A stretch of DNA of 63,659 bases, filler included, from Asterionella formosa (Eukaryota): the NCBI GenBank assembly GCA_002256025.1. It is 30 parts of 30 records of this genome, joined end to end, with 100 filler letters (N's around TTAATTAATTAA, not from the genome) between each part and the next. Parts side by side here need not be neighbours in the genome. Positions count along the whole stretch, not along the records: positions 25,242 to 41,499 come from NKIB01005012.1; positions 41,600 to 42,608 come from NKIB01005013.1; positions 42,709 to 43,717 come from NKIB01005014.1; positions 43,818 to 44,826 come from NKIB01005015.1; positions 44,927 to 45,935 come from NKIB01005016.1; positions 46,036 to 47,044 come from NKIB01005017.1; positions 47,145 to 48,153 come from NKIB01005018.1; positions 48,254 to 49,262 come from NKIB01005019.1; 22 more parts are not named here. One strand, given 5' to 3'. A program made the translations under genes and the position numbers. Shown piece by piece: positions 36,714 through 48,572 of this stretch (within the stretch, counting starts at the first letter, position 1; each line of letters starts with the position of its first letter). The notes under the pieces were generated by a model. It saw only the letters and a list, made by a program, of their open reading frames with translations, had not been told where the DNA came from and did not search any database.

Positions 36714-38643
36714 GGGCATTCCCGCTCTAGCTATCGTGGTGTCATTCGCTTACCTACTGCCCACAAATTTAGCATAAATGTCAATTTCAGCCTACTATTG
36801 CCCATCATGTAAATTGGATGTCGTTTATTTCCTATCTTCACCTCGAAAATTGCCAAAGGTCCGATATTGCCCATCATTAAAATATCTTTTGGATATTTCA
36901 TATGTTCGCATTTTGTCAAGACAAAAGACGCCAATTGCCCCTCAGTTTTCCAGCCCTGGGATTGCCAAAATCGGCAAGGGGTCTACTTAAGGAAACCATT
37001 TTATACACTCTAAAGATTTTAATATTTTATATCTAGAATTCACCTCGTTTTTGTTTGTCTCCTGAAAAGTGGACTCCGGCAATTCACCTTTCACAATGCC
37101 AATCGTCGTCCATCATGCTGACCGGTTTGAAGCGAAATCAGTTCCGCGATGACGCCAGTAGGGATTCTTTGCCTAAAGGATGCGGTTGATTGTTGGATTG
37201 CTTGTCTTCTCGAGGCATTCATGTAGTCGCATCGTCCATTTTTCGTCGGACGAACGATGATATCGATACATCTGATGTTGGTGGCAAGTTTTTGCTCCGG
37301 TCATGTATGTAATGATGCTTAACGGATATTCTACCAGTACCGGCAGTCATCTAGTCTACATACGTACGTGGTACTACAAACAACCATGCATGGTTTAAGC
37401 TATGCTTTAACGCTTACTTTGAACACGTAATAATATTATCTCTGTAGACTAGGTATTATTTTTACGAGACCTGAAATGTTGAATTATATCGTTCACAAAA
37501 GTTCATTGATTTTACGTATCGTATGCCCGATTTCGTCCTCACAAATATAGTTCTCACTCTATCTTGCCTGCCTTTGCTCTATTCGGGCTTGCAATAGGCA
37601 ACGTTCGTCTTTCTTTGATCCCATCGTCTGCTGCTTGTTATGCTAGTTGAAGCGGATCGGTAAGTACAACAGTGAAACACTGAATGTGGATTGTAGATTG
37701 TATTTATCGACTTTCCGATTTGATTGCTTCCATGGTTTGTTTTGATCGCTTCCATCGTTGTTTGTCGTTATGATAAGTCGTTTTGTTTCGATTGTATGTA
37801 TCTACATAAGAACCAATGCATTTATCAATGACTACTCATTGAAGATGTGGTATTGTGCCATTGTTGATCATATTTGTTGATTTGCAAAGTCGTTTACCAT
37901 GATGTCAATATTGCCGCCAAGCAATGCTTTTCTTGTACTAATGCGCTTTGCTACAATTCTACTACAAGGTCGTATCAGAAGCTACATGAATACTCAGCTA
38001 GAGAGAGTCAATAGTGCTGGAGCAGTGTGGCAATCACGCTCGCTCAGAATGGAATGATCAGGGTTGCTTGTTTGGTGGGCGGATAGGAATTACTGTGGCG
38101 GAAATACTGCTACTGGTGTCAGAATAATACAGCGATGCGCATGGTTGCAGCAACCAGACCATTTACGCTACATAGCGATGCAGGTCTACATTGGGTTCAG
38201 CTTTTCCCTTCTTCTTTCAGTCTTTGATTGTGTGGTGATGGAAAGTCAATGTTGCCTGTGTTAGTACTGCAATGATTCACAATGCATATGTCTCCATTGG
38301 AACTCTTATTTTTTATTTCATTTCTAACCCAAATTTTTTTCTATTTCTCATTTGATGCTACTTATTACATCGCATTTCATACTTTGGTTGCTCCAAACAT
38401 CATGTTCAATTTTCATTGATGTTGCATGTTACAATCATTCTCGTGTGTTTTATGCTTGTTGTACCATCTCTGTGCATATTACTGTTATTCTGGTTGTCAT
38501 GCTAAAATCGGCAATTTTATTGCCGAAAAATTCGATGTGCCCCATATTGCCCTTAAATAAAAATTACTTAAGAAATTACTTAGAGCCTAAAAATTGCGTA
38601 GAAGTACCCAAATGGCAAGACGATAGCTGGAGCGGGAATGGTC
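36714..38643 (+). mobile_element. Non-autonomous TIR element of about 1.93 kb, Harbinger-like ends; an extra diverged copy of the right terminal unit extends to about 38765
   Basis: Left end GGGCATTCCCGCTCTAGCTATCGT and right end ACGATAGCTGGAGCGGGAATGGTC match at 21/24. No transposase ORF and no clean TSD. Confidence 0.7.
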
Positions 38644-39108
38644 GAAAATCCACAATGCCCCATATTGCCCCTAAACAAAGGAATTACTTAGGGATAACAA
38701 AAATTACTTAGACACCCACAGTTCTCATCGAAAAGCAAGATGATAGCTAGGGTGGGGATTGCTGATAAATAACTTTCAGAAATGCTGGTCACCAAGAACT
38801 AGCCACCAATCAAAATCATTTTATTTACATTTTCTATTAGGTCATAAATGCTCAAGTAAAAATACAGCTTAAGTCTTTTGGTCATTTACTAATTGTTGGA
38901 AAACTTATTATTTTCAAAAAAGCAAGTCATGCTTTGACAATTTGTTTCAAAGCAGCATATGTAGTCCTCCAAGAATGATCAGACATTTTGGTTTTGCACT
39001 AATTTGTGAAATTTGGAAACGCAACATTTTAGCAACAAATTGTGATCTGCGTTTATTGTGTGTTTCTTTATCCTCTAAATACATTTATTCACCCCTCAAC
39101 TTCTCCAA

Positions 39109-40230
39109 TCACTTTATGCCTGCACTTCGCACTTCATCAGTGGCTTCCCGTATCCTAGCTATAACTGTGCTAGTCCAAGGAGGAATGTGATTGTACTCAC
39201 ATAATACCGCACCCACAGCTGATGCAATACATGCAGCATCAAAAGTAGATAATCCCAACCCCCTGCTTACTGTTAATGCTGCCGAATAAGCATTACCTGC
39301 ACCTGTTGGGTTCACTGGTCTACCATCAGATGTAGATAGTGATGCTGCTGGTATCAAAATCGGTTCACCACTTGTGCCAATGAATAAGCTACCTCTAGGC
39401 CCATCCCTAACCCCTACCTCAAGAGTAGTCCATTCACCTTCGGCAACCGCTTTGTACAGATGCATGTCAGGTGAGACACATTTTAGTAATGAGCTGAGTT
39501 GTTGTATTCGTTGCATGCAAGTTGCTGCATCTTGTACTGATACTATCCTCGTTGCTTCGTCTGCAAAAGTTACCGGCTCTATTCCAAGGAAATCGATGCG
39601 CTGTTGAATCTCTGTATTTTTCAAGAACGCAATATCTTGACCCGAGCCTGGAGATTGTGCCCCGCCTTCCATGACGACATGGCATATTACCTTTCGGTCC
39701 TCTCCTATTATCTGCATGATCTCATCCGCGCATGGTCGATTGTTCCAAAGTCCATCAGCGCCCTCTGCTCCAAACGAATCATTGAGTGCTCGCCATTGTA
39801 CATTTTGTTCATCATCATGCCACAACTGTATTCTTGGGGTTCTCAAGTTTTCTCCTTTAACGACATGGATCGATTTTATGGCTGCTCCGAGCAGTTCGCA
39901 TAGTGCGGTATCTTCACGGTCAGTCCAATCCACGCCTCCAACTGGACCAACAAAGGACACGGACTGAGCTGAAGGCGGATCACTGAAATCATCACCTAAA
40001 ATAACAGCCAAGGCCGCAGCTGCTCCGAATGCTGCCTGAGGCCCACCACCACCAATGCTTATACGAGTACCGATACTAGTAGTCCTCGGGTCCTCGCATG
40101 GCTTGCGATACTCATCGATGATGACTTTGCCAACAACTACTACATGAGGTATCACAAATCCGCTTCCACATGATGCTGAAAGCGCAAACCAAAGAACGAT
40201 ACACTCGTGTAAATGCTCAGTTCTAGTCAT
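39109..40230 (-). CDS. PfkB/ribokinase-family protein with an atypical GAGN motif and a probable plastid presequence
   Basis: GKVIIDE, IGGGGPQAAFG, VRDGPRGS and NPTGAGNAYSAAL motifs. N-terminus IVLWFALSASCGSG-FVIP. Confidence 0.85.
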   Translation of the reverse strand: MTRTEHLHECIVLWFALSASCGSGFVIPHVVVVGKVIIDEYRKPCEDPRTTSIGTRISIGGGGPQAAFGAAAALAVILGDDFSDPPSAQSVSFVGPVGGVDWTDREDTALCELLGAAIKSIHVVKGENLRTPRIQLWHDDEQNVQWRALNDSFGAEGADGLWNNRPCADEIMQIIGEDRKVICHVVMEGGAQSPGSGQDIAFLKNTEIQQRIDFLGIEPVTFADEATRIVSVQDAATCMQRIQQLSSLLKCVSPDMHLYKAVAEGEWTTLEVGVRDGPRGSLFIGTSGEPILIPAASLSTSDGRPVNPTGAGNAYSAALTVSRGLGLSTFDAACIASAVGAVLCEYNHIPPWTSTVIARIREATDEVRSAGIK

Positions 40231-41169
40231 ACCAATAATAATGAAGATTCATTTCAGGGATATATAAAACATGATGAACATCATAAAGCTTTTGGAATCA
40301 TTTCGTTTGATGATGGTCCAACAATCGTGCTATCATCAAATCGAAACGCACACCAATCCCAGAAATAATTGAATGCATCACTCTACTAATACTTATACCG
40401 GTACTCGTTTTATCATTTACTTGCTGATGTGCACATGATCCAAATATCGGTACTGGATATTTATGCCCGGAGTTGAAACACAGAAGAATTCCTGATTCCT
40501 GATTCTCGGTTAGGTCTCCACTTTTGTGTGAAGATAACATTTCCCCCTCGAGCACAATATAGCATGAGAAAGCCACTAGCAATGTTATATCAACCAGCTG
40601 ATCAACAATGGCGGTGCTTTTGGTTGCGTTGGTGAACTAATGAATAGGTATAATGATAATAAACTATAGAATTAATGATTAGATAGCTACTATCATATGT
40701 TTTGAGGTCAAAAATTGACGATCTGATGGATCCGAAGGCCATTTGCTAGCCGAATTGCATGCAATGGAATTTCAAAAAAATTGATCTCTGAACAAGAATC
40801 GATCTGCAAATCGCAATTTTTCACACCTCCATCTCTACGCCTGTCCATTGAACTACCTGTTTGTTGCTTCACCTGTCCATGCTGCTCAGTTGATTGTAGC
40901 ATTGCTTGAAATTGTCTCCAATTGGTTCCTTGCCTGATTGCCGATGTCCACCCCATTTAAGGATGGTTCTTAGACTTTCATTACACCAGTTTTCTTGCAA
41001 ACCAACCCATTCTCGTATTATTGTTATAGCTGCTTCCGCAAGAAAGAAGAGGGACGAAAAAGGAAAACTTGAATGAGATTCTGGTGGACAAATTTGTGTT
41101 TCAATATCCGGTCTGCTTGTCGTCACTTACTGTTGGAAAGTTACTACTCAGGTTGATTGTCACACCGGG

Positions 41170-41499
41170 TGTTAGGAAATATGGACGTACAAGATACAGA
41201 CGATGAATGGATTAAAGTACAAGGAAAGAAAAAGAAGAAAGAAGCCACGTCCACAGTGAAGGCTACGTGGCTGAACGAGTAGGTATATTTATATAGTTAA
41301 TATGAGTTCTGCTCATTCTTTACTAATTATCGGGTTTACATCGATAAAGCCTCCCCTGTAGACTGTCTTTTCTCCATTGTTGTCTTACAGATACAATAGA
41401 ATACAGTCCGAACTTGTGGATTTAACATAATTAGTAAAGAAAAAGGTGAATACAATGGGAGGTGGCAATACGGCAGCCGATGATGGTGGCGGCGGTGAT
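41170..41499 (+). mobile_element. 5' LTR (41170-41427, 258 bp) of a copia/CoDi-like retrotransposon, with self-complementary PBS and gag start at 41455
   Basis: TGTTA...TAACA termini, a TATA-like TATATTTATATA, 14 nt after the LTR complementary to 41316-41329, then the ORF MGGGNTAADDGGGGD running to the contig end. Confidence 0.8.
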
Positions 41500-44459
41500 N
41501 NNNNNNNNNNNNNNNNNNNNNNNNNNNNNNNNNNNNNNNNNNNTTAATTAATTAANNNNNNNNNNNNNNNNNNNNNNNNNNNNNNNNNNNNNNNNNNNNT
41601 GGTGATCACCACTTATTGATATACTAGGTTTTATGCTAAGTTTAGTATTTTTTTAACTGTGAATCTATAAATTTCATGAAAAAATGCGCTATCAGCTATT
41701 TCAATTTTTGTTGTCAATATTAGTGTCATTACAACTATTCTTTTACAATTGAATTTTCTATATTGTGCTCAATATATGTGCCTAATAGCAAAGCGTCGTT
41801 CTCATTCTTCATGGAGATATTTGTTAATTTTGTCATGGTCAAGGCTGGTGAGAAGACATGATGCACCATGCATACTCCAGCCACTCATGATGACTACTAC
41901 TCTGCAGTGCTATACCAGTAAATATTTTGTCTATAGAAAATCAAGAATTGAATCATCTAAGAAAAATAATTACAGGTATATACAAGCACTTATGAGTGCT
42001 ACCTCAGGTACCCTGGTGAGCAGCATGAGTCCAGCCACCACCAGCATGCATATGGTGATACTATGGTTTAATAGTTATATCGGGTACAACTTGTTGTTAC
42101 ATGTGATGATGCTAGCATTCAAATATTTCAAATTCTAATTGATATAGAACTTTTCATTATTGGTTGTTTTCATCACTTCAGCCAGAAAAGGAGAACAATT
42201 TTGAGTTTGGAGAGAATGAAGCAATGTAAGCAAGATTAGCTTACTTTAGCTTCTGGCCGCCCCTCTATTGCCCCAGTCATTGTCATTTTCTTTGTTCAGC
42301 CATTTGCCTTGTTTTGGCAATTCCGTGTCTAGACAAAATAATTATTCACATCACTAACAAGTCATGATACTGTTGACTCAAAGAGAGAGAGTTGATGAAG
42401 TTTGGTGCCTGTCCTGCGTCACGTTGTCCATTTCAACAATGTGACCGCAACTTGCTAGTACCACCTGGTACCTGGTGGGAGTACCAGGGTACCAGTACCG
42501 TACTAAAAACCAGTAGGTATGCATATGGGAACCACGTATCCTAACGCACGTGTGGCGTTCCATTTCGCCTGTAAAAGACGAGTAAATCGGGTAAATGCAT
42601 AAAATACTNNNNNNNNNNNNNNNNNNNNNNNNNNNNNNNNNNNNNNNNNNNNTTAATTAATTAANNNNNNNNNNNNNNNNNNNNNNNNNNNNNNNNNNNN
42701 NNNNNNNNAGTAACTGTAGATAGTGATGGGCCTTGTTGTTGGATCCCCATCAGCAGCATCCAAATTGCGTGCAACGCAACAAAAACTCCTTCCGCAATCA
42801 TTCTGTATTTTTTGCAATCTGGTTTAGAAGCTAAACGCCCATCAAGATGTTGATTACAAATTTTCACAATTTCTATTAAAGACAATAGAATATTTCATCA
42901 CAGTTTTGTCAATATTTGTAAATTGTGACATATGCAATTTGGTTGCTCAGAGCTGCCAATTTACGAACTTCCTCAATCTAACAACTTGCCGGTAAGCGAT
43001 TTGTGTGTACGTGTGACTTTTGATATTATATTATGGCACCCAGAAAGTGCTTACCCGCAAGTTGTTGAAAAATGAGCGAGATCCCAGTCCGCTGCACGGA
43101 AACTGATACCCATTATTTCTTGGAGCAGCCAAGTCGGAGGATTAGCATTCAAATTTCAAAATGAAGGTCAAAACATGCTATTAGTCACCTATTTGTACAT
43201 ATCAAGTGCCTTATGCTGTGTGTATTGTGCACAGACCTCACTGATTTTTTTCAATTATCTCGTAAAATTCTAGTCTTCATGCTTCGCGGTCTTTTTGCAA
43301 AGTTCGCGAACTTCACGTACTTCTTGAAAAGTACATGCACTTCTTGTCATTTCGTCAAAGCGAGTTTGAGGTCTGATAAGGCATTAAACATCCATGGGCA
43401 ACACGAACATTTCGACCAGTAGCTCCGTATAAAGGTACAATTTATCACACTGAGAGAAATTGAACAAACAGACCTTTTAAAGAACACGTGATGTGAGGTA
43501 ATTTTTAGATAAAAGGTCTTGGTATGTGACGTTGTGTACTTTGGAGTTTCACCTGGTGTTGTTGCTAAAAATATGACTCCATGCTAATGTGGTCTCGACC
43601 TGTGAATAAATCGAATTAATACAGCTACAATGGTAAGGTACTCGGTACCAGGTACCAGGTACCTGGATGGGGGGGGGGGGGGGGGGGGATTTGGTTTTTT
43701 TTTTTTTTTTTATTTTTNNNNNNNNNNNNNNNNNNNNNNNNNNNNNNNNNNNNNNNNNNNNTTAATTAATTAANNNNNNNNNNNNNNNNNNNNNNNNNNN
43801 NNNNNNNNNNNNNNNNNTTTTTCGTTATTGCGTAAACTTTCCTTTCTTGTCGTGTGCTTTACTCCGATACTTCTTTTCATGAAGCAGGCATTGTTTGTTA
43901 ACATGACAGAACGATTTCAAATATATTTGCCATGTATATAGTTATAAAATTTGTAAATATATAAATATGTCAAGTGTCGTACATTTATAAAATCAAAGGC
44001 ACTCTCAATATGGAACATCTGGTATTGTTGACATGATCATATTTGCATATAGATAATTCGAAAATATTCAATGCACTATATGTCCATTGTTTTTCACGAC
44101 TTCATGTACCGGTACTGTCTTTTTGAAATTTGTTTGCATCAATATTTTCTACGTCCATTGGAACTAATTATTTAGACCATTCAATTGCTGTACTAAGTCA
44201 TAACCCATTTGTATCATTATTTATACGCGAGGATTTTGGTAGCAAATTGTTTAAGCCCATTTTTTGGGCGGGAGTTCTTCATGTGTACCGGTACATCATA
44301 CGACAATAACATTTTATCATATATATACAGAGTACCAGTAGCAAGTAGGAAGTGATATACTGGAGGTATCAGGTAGTCAGAGTACCAGGTAGTAAGCGAG
44401 CAAAAGAACACCATATGTTCATGACTGTTGCTACTGCAGTGGGAAAGTAAATCATCATA

Positions 44460-44826
44460 CATCTAAGCCGCGTATTACGTGAAGTGACCATCACATAAAT
44501 AAGCCTAGTTGATTTTGAATGCATCACATGAATTAGTTGAATACATCAAAATACGTAGTTGAATATATCTATATATTATCTGAATACATCACGTTAAATA
44601 TTTGATCAAAGTATCATGCATGCATTCCTGATCATCACTATATTATGTGATCACGTTCACATAATTATTTGAAATACTTCACATAATTATTTGAAATACT
44701 TCACATAATTATTTGAAATACTTCACATAATTATTTGAAATACTTCACATAATTATTTGAAAATACTTCACATAATTATTTGAAATACTTCACGTAATTC
44801 TGTAATTTCGTTCACATAATTCTAGA
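44460..44826 (+). repeat. TE terminus with a subterminal tandem array of 22-bp units TTCACATAATTATTTGAAATAC
   Basis: Six near-perfect head-to-tail copies from 44656 plus two degenerate ones. The first 127 bp match 25015-25141. Confidence 0.9.
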
Positions 44827-46035
44827 NNNNNNNNNNNNNNNNNNNNNNNNNNNNNNNNNNNNNNNNNNNNTTAATTAATTAANNNNNNNNNNNNNNNNNN
44901 NNNNNNNNNNNNNNNNNNNNNNNNNNAATCCTGTGCCACCAGAAATTCATCGTGCAAGAGGACGTAGGGAATCAATGGATGTTTCAGAGACCATGGCTTA
45001 TCTTGGAAGGAGTCGCTTCAATCTTCCTCATCGATCCGTCGTAGATAGGCCAGAGAGAAAGCGCGGAAATCGAAAGGCATCAGGACGAGCACATAGATAA
45101 GCACTGTAAATATGGTTGGAGGGTCATGAGGGAAGTCAGCCTGTAAGTTGTTGACTGTGCCAAGCTGGTTCACGAGAGAGATCAACATCAACCATTTTAG
45201 ATTGGAAAAACTAGTCCATTATAGCAGGGATCATATGGCTCAATATTCTGATCAAGCAATTACTGAAATGCTTAATTTCACACTACCTATTAGGCATATC
45301 TGTTCCGGTATCGTACTAGCGGTTATTTCCTTTTTGCTTTGTTGAGTAAAGCCAGCAGAGGGTACCTGGTACTTAGTACCACCTAAAAACTGAGAGTCAT
45401 ATAAAGTTTACCCCATGTTTCGACTCAAACTATTTTAGTCAAATTTCATGGTGACAACAAATCAAGGACGTAGCTACATGTAGAACAGGCTCTCCGCTTT
45501 CAATAGGTCTGTTTAATTAGTAATGAAGCTTCATAATTCAAGAGATATGAAGTTTTTAAAGTTGATGATTATGGTCGTTTTGTATGACTATCAATACATA
45601 TTTTTTACTACGTACCTGAAGAAAATTTTATATTCAAATTCTGGTTTCGATTACCCTATTGTTCACTCTAAAGCTTTTTCCTGCCACAATATTATTTGTC
45701 CGTTGCATCATCTACCCATTTATTATTAATTGTTTTCATTTTTTAAACCTTAAATAATAATGCGTTTGCCTTTTAACTCAAATATTATTTCAGTTTTTGT
45801 GTCAATAATCTTACTTTCATTCGTTTTGATGATGGTTTGATATAGATTTATATAGGGATTATTTACGTTTGTCACTAATTAGTGTTCTGCTTACATCAGG
45901 CTACTGGTTTGGTATTACTACTATGACAGATGTCANNNNNNNNNNNNNNNNNNNNNNNNNNNNNNNNNNNNNNNNNNNNTTAATTAATTAANNNNNNNNN
46001 NNNNNNNNNNNNNNNNNNNNNNNNNNNNNNNNNNN

Positions 46036-47044
46036 TGTTCTCTGGAATATCTGGTGATTCTCTTTCTTTAAAAAAACATGTCCATTCTTCAGGGATAGTC
46101 CGATAATTGTACAATGATTCCAAAATGTGCGAACTTAAATATTCCAAGTAGTAATTTATGAACAACCTCAAATGGAGTTGCACCAAATAATCCTTCTAAG
46201 TCACCACCAAAAAATGATTTATTAGTGCAGGCATAATAGGATTATGCGATATAACACGGCACCACTCATTTGCTGTTGCGTATTCGCCATTAGATTGGGA
46301 GACACAATACTCAGGTGGGATATATGGTAATTTTCCATCGGGATATGCATTTTTGTCAAGAAATTTGTTTAAAAACTTTTTAACATTTGACACTTTACGA
46401 CGTTCACATCCAATATCGGGATTATCAGCATCTTCAGTTAAAACCAGGCAATCACGACAAACATATTGTCGATATAATCCATTACCACCCCTGAAATCAC
46501 AAATTTTGTTGTGCTCTTCTGTATCACCAATGATCATTCCAATCTGGAAATAAACTTTTGTCATACCGAGGCCAAGACCATGAACCCAAATATCCTATGA
46601 CTTGTTTGGATCTTCGAAAGGCGACAATAGAAATCCTGTAACAGAATGGTATAATTTGAGTCGACATAAGGACAAGTCGTCACCAGATAACTTATTATTC
46701 ATTTGTTTCTCCAGATCACTGACTTCAATGTCTGGCAAGAGAGATACCAATTGCCATCCATCAACTTTTTTCCTTCCTTCTAACGTTAATTTTAACATTG
46801 TCAACAAAAACGGATGCTCGGAATGTTTCATTTGTTAATCAATAGGTGAACCATCACCATCACTGAAAACTGCTAGGACAACAAATAAACACCCTGTCTT
46901 CAACAATCCGTTTTCTGATGCAGGAGAATTGTTGAATGCATTTTCAAACCAAGTCACGGAAGTTACTTCGTCATATATGCATGCGTTCTCCACAAGTTGT
47001 AAGTTTCACTTGTGGGTGACATACAAAATGTTGCATGATATCGG
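46036..47044 (-). pseudogene. Plavaka-like transposase, central region, degenerate
   Basis: YDEVTSVTWF, LAVFSDG, EHPFLLT...GWQLVSLLPD and MIIGDTEEHNKIC...VCRDC motifs, with stops and frameshifts. Confidence 0.65.
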
Positions 47045-47785
47045 NNNNNNNNNNNNNNNNNNNNNNNNNNNNNNNNNNNNNNNNNNNNTTAATTAATTAA
47101 NNNNNNNNNNNNNNNNNNNNNNNNNNNNNNNNNNNNNNNNNNNNGAAGAATCAGGCCGTGATTGTTGAATGTTGTCAACAATTTTCAACAGAACAAGTAG
47201 TACTGATACTACTAATAGCTAGCTAGTCATTTCATCTACATTCTATCATTTGGTTGAGGTTGAAATGAAGTGATAGTGAGTCGTAATTTACATATTTTGT
47301 GTATACTAGTATAGTTACAATATTTTTTGTCTTCTGCTCCGCCCTGCAACATATTATCAGTACTTTCTGTATTAGGTATGGATGGGTGTGGTCCGCCCGA
47401 GGTAGAAGTCGTTCTCGTGTGTAAATTTTGTACCGACCATTTTTTAGGTGTCGGTTTGACCTAAAATTCAGGGTGTGAATAAGAAGTTTTCTGTGCATGA
47501 TACATATTTTGTTATATGTATGATAAATTCATACTCTGAAAGTGAACAGGCTAGCTAAGCTTACTCATAATAATCAAACCACAATATAATTATCAAAATA
47601 TTGTCCTATGATGTAAATTCTTTTATCATATACAACCTATCTTTATATATGATGGTAACTCTAATCGAAATAGCTGTTAAAAATTGGTTGAAATGGATTG
47701 TAATTTTACTGTTATATCAAGAAATCATTTTTATGTTTCTACATTTTGTGTGATTAAACAGCCAATGTTCCCCTTTTCTATTGTC

Positions 47786-48153
47786 TCAATGGTCTTGATG
47801 CATGCCTCCCGCCTCCCTTCAATGCTCTTGATACATGCCTCTTTCTCCCCTTCAATGCTCTTGAGGATGCCTGCCTCTCCCCCGCTTCCCTGCAATGCTC
47901 TTGAGGATGCATTGCCTCCTCCCTGCCTCCTGCCTTCAAATCTCTTGATGCATGCTCGGGATTACTAGTAATAGGTACTTTTCACAGTAGCCATGTCATG
48001 TTCCTACCGGGTGTTGAAAAAAGGGGAAGAAGGGAATGCTGGTAGGGCAAACCAACAGTTTCACATTACTAGCGTAGTAATAGGTACAGTTTCACAGTAG
48101 CCATGTCATGTTCATACCGGGTATTGAAACAAGGGGAAGAAGTGAATGCTGGT
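47786..48153 (+). repeat. Minisatellite (5 units of 33-44 bp, core CAATGCTCTTGA) followed by a tandem of about 105 bp (2 copies, cut by the contig end)
   Basis: Direct reading: minisatellite at 47786-47956 and tandem units starting at 47961 and 48065. Confidence 0.8.
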
Positions 48154-48410
48154 NNNNNNNNNNNNNNNNNNNNNNNNNNNNNNNNNNNNNNNNNNNNTTA
48201 ATTAATTAANNNNNNNNNNNNNNNNNNNNNNNNNNNNNNNNNNNNNNNNNNNNTACCAGGTACCAGGTTTTTTCGCCGACCTCTGCTAAGAGCAACATGG
48301 TAATAATAAGGTTATTTATTGAGTTGTGTAATCTACAAGGGTTTACGTGACCGTATAACTGTCCTGGAATTTCCTAGAAGGTGGGGAATTTTAGGTTAAA
48401 TTAATTGCCC

Positions 48411-48572
48411 CTGAGGGTCATTTTAGGTTATTCCGCACCTAAAATTCAGGAAATGATTGAGAATATTTTCTCGTCCTACAGACAAATGTTGGTACAAGGC
48501 TACAGACGAAGTTAAACTTCCTTTTCAGTTCTTGGAATTTTAGGTGCGGGAAAACCTAATAATGACTCCCTG
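48411..48572. mobile_element. MITE-like element with inverted repeats of about 40 bp
   Basis: GTCATTTTAGGTTATTCCGCACCTAAAATTC versus GAATTTTAGGTGCGGGAAAACCTAATAATGAC. A related TTTTAGGT..ACCTAAAATTCAGG motif is at about 47442-47472. Confidence 0.55.

Noticed and set aside
42982..43064. 16-bp inverted repeat CAACTTGCCGGTAAGC, also seen once at about 58802
   Set aside because: Probably TE debris; there is too little context to define a feature.
43667..43717. Poly-G then poly-T tract as a G-quadruplex or terminator
   Set aside because: It sits at a contig end, where poly-G is a common sequencing artefact.
44656..44826. CRISPR-like array
   Set aside because: The units are head-to-tail with no unique spacers, there are no cas genes, and the context is eukaryotic.
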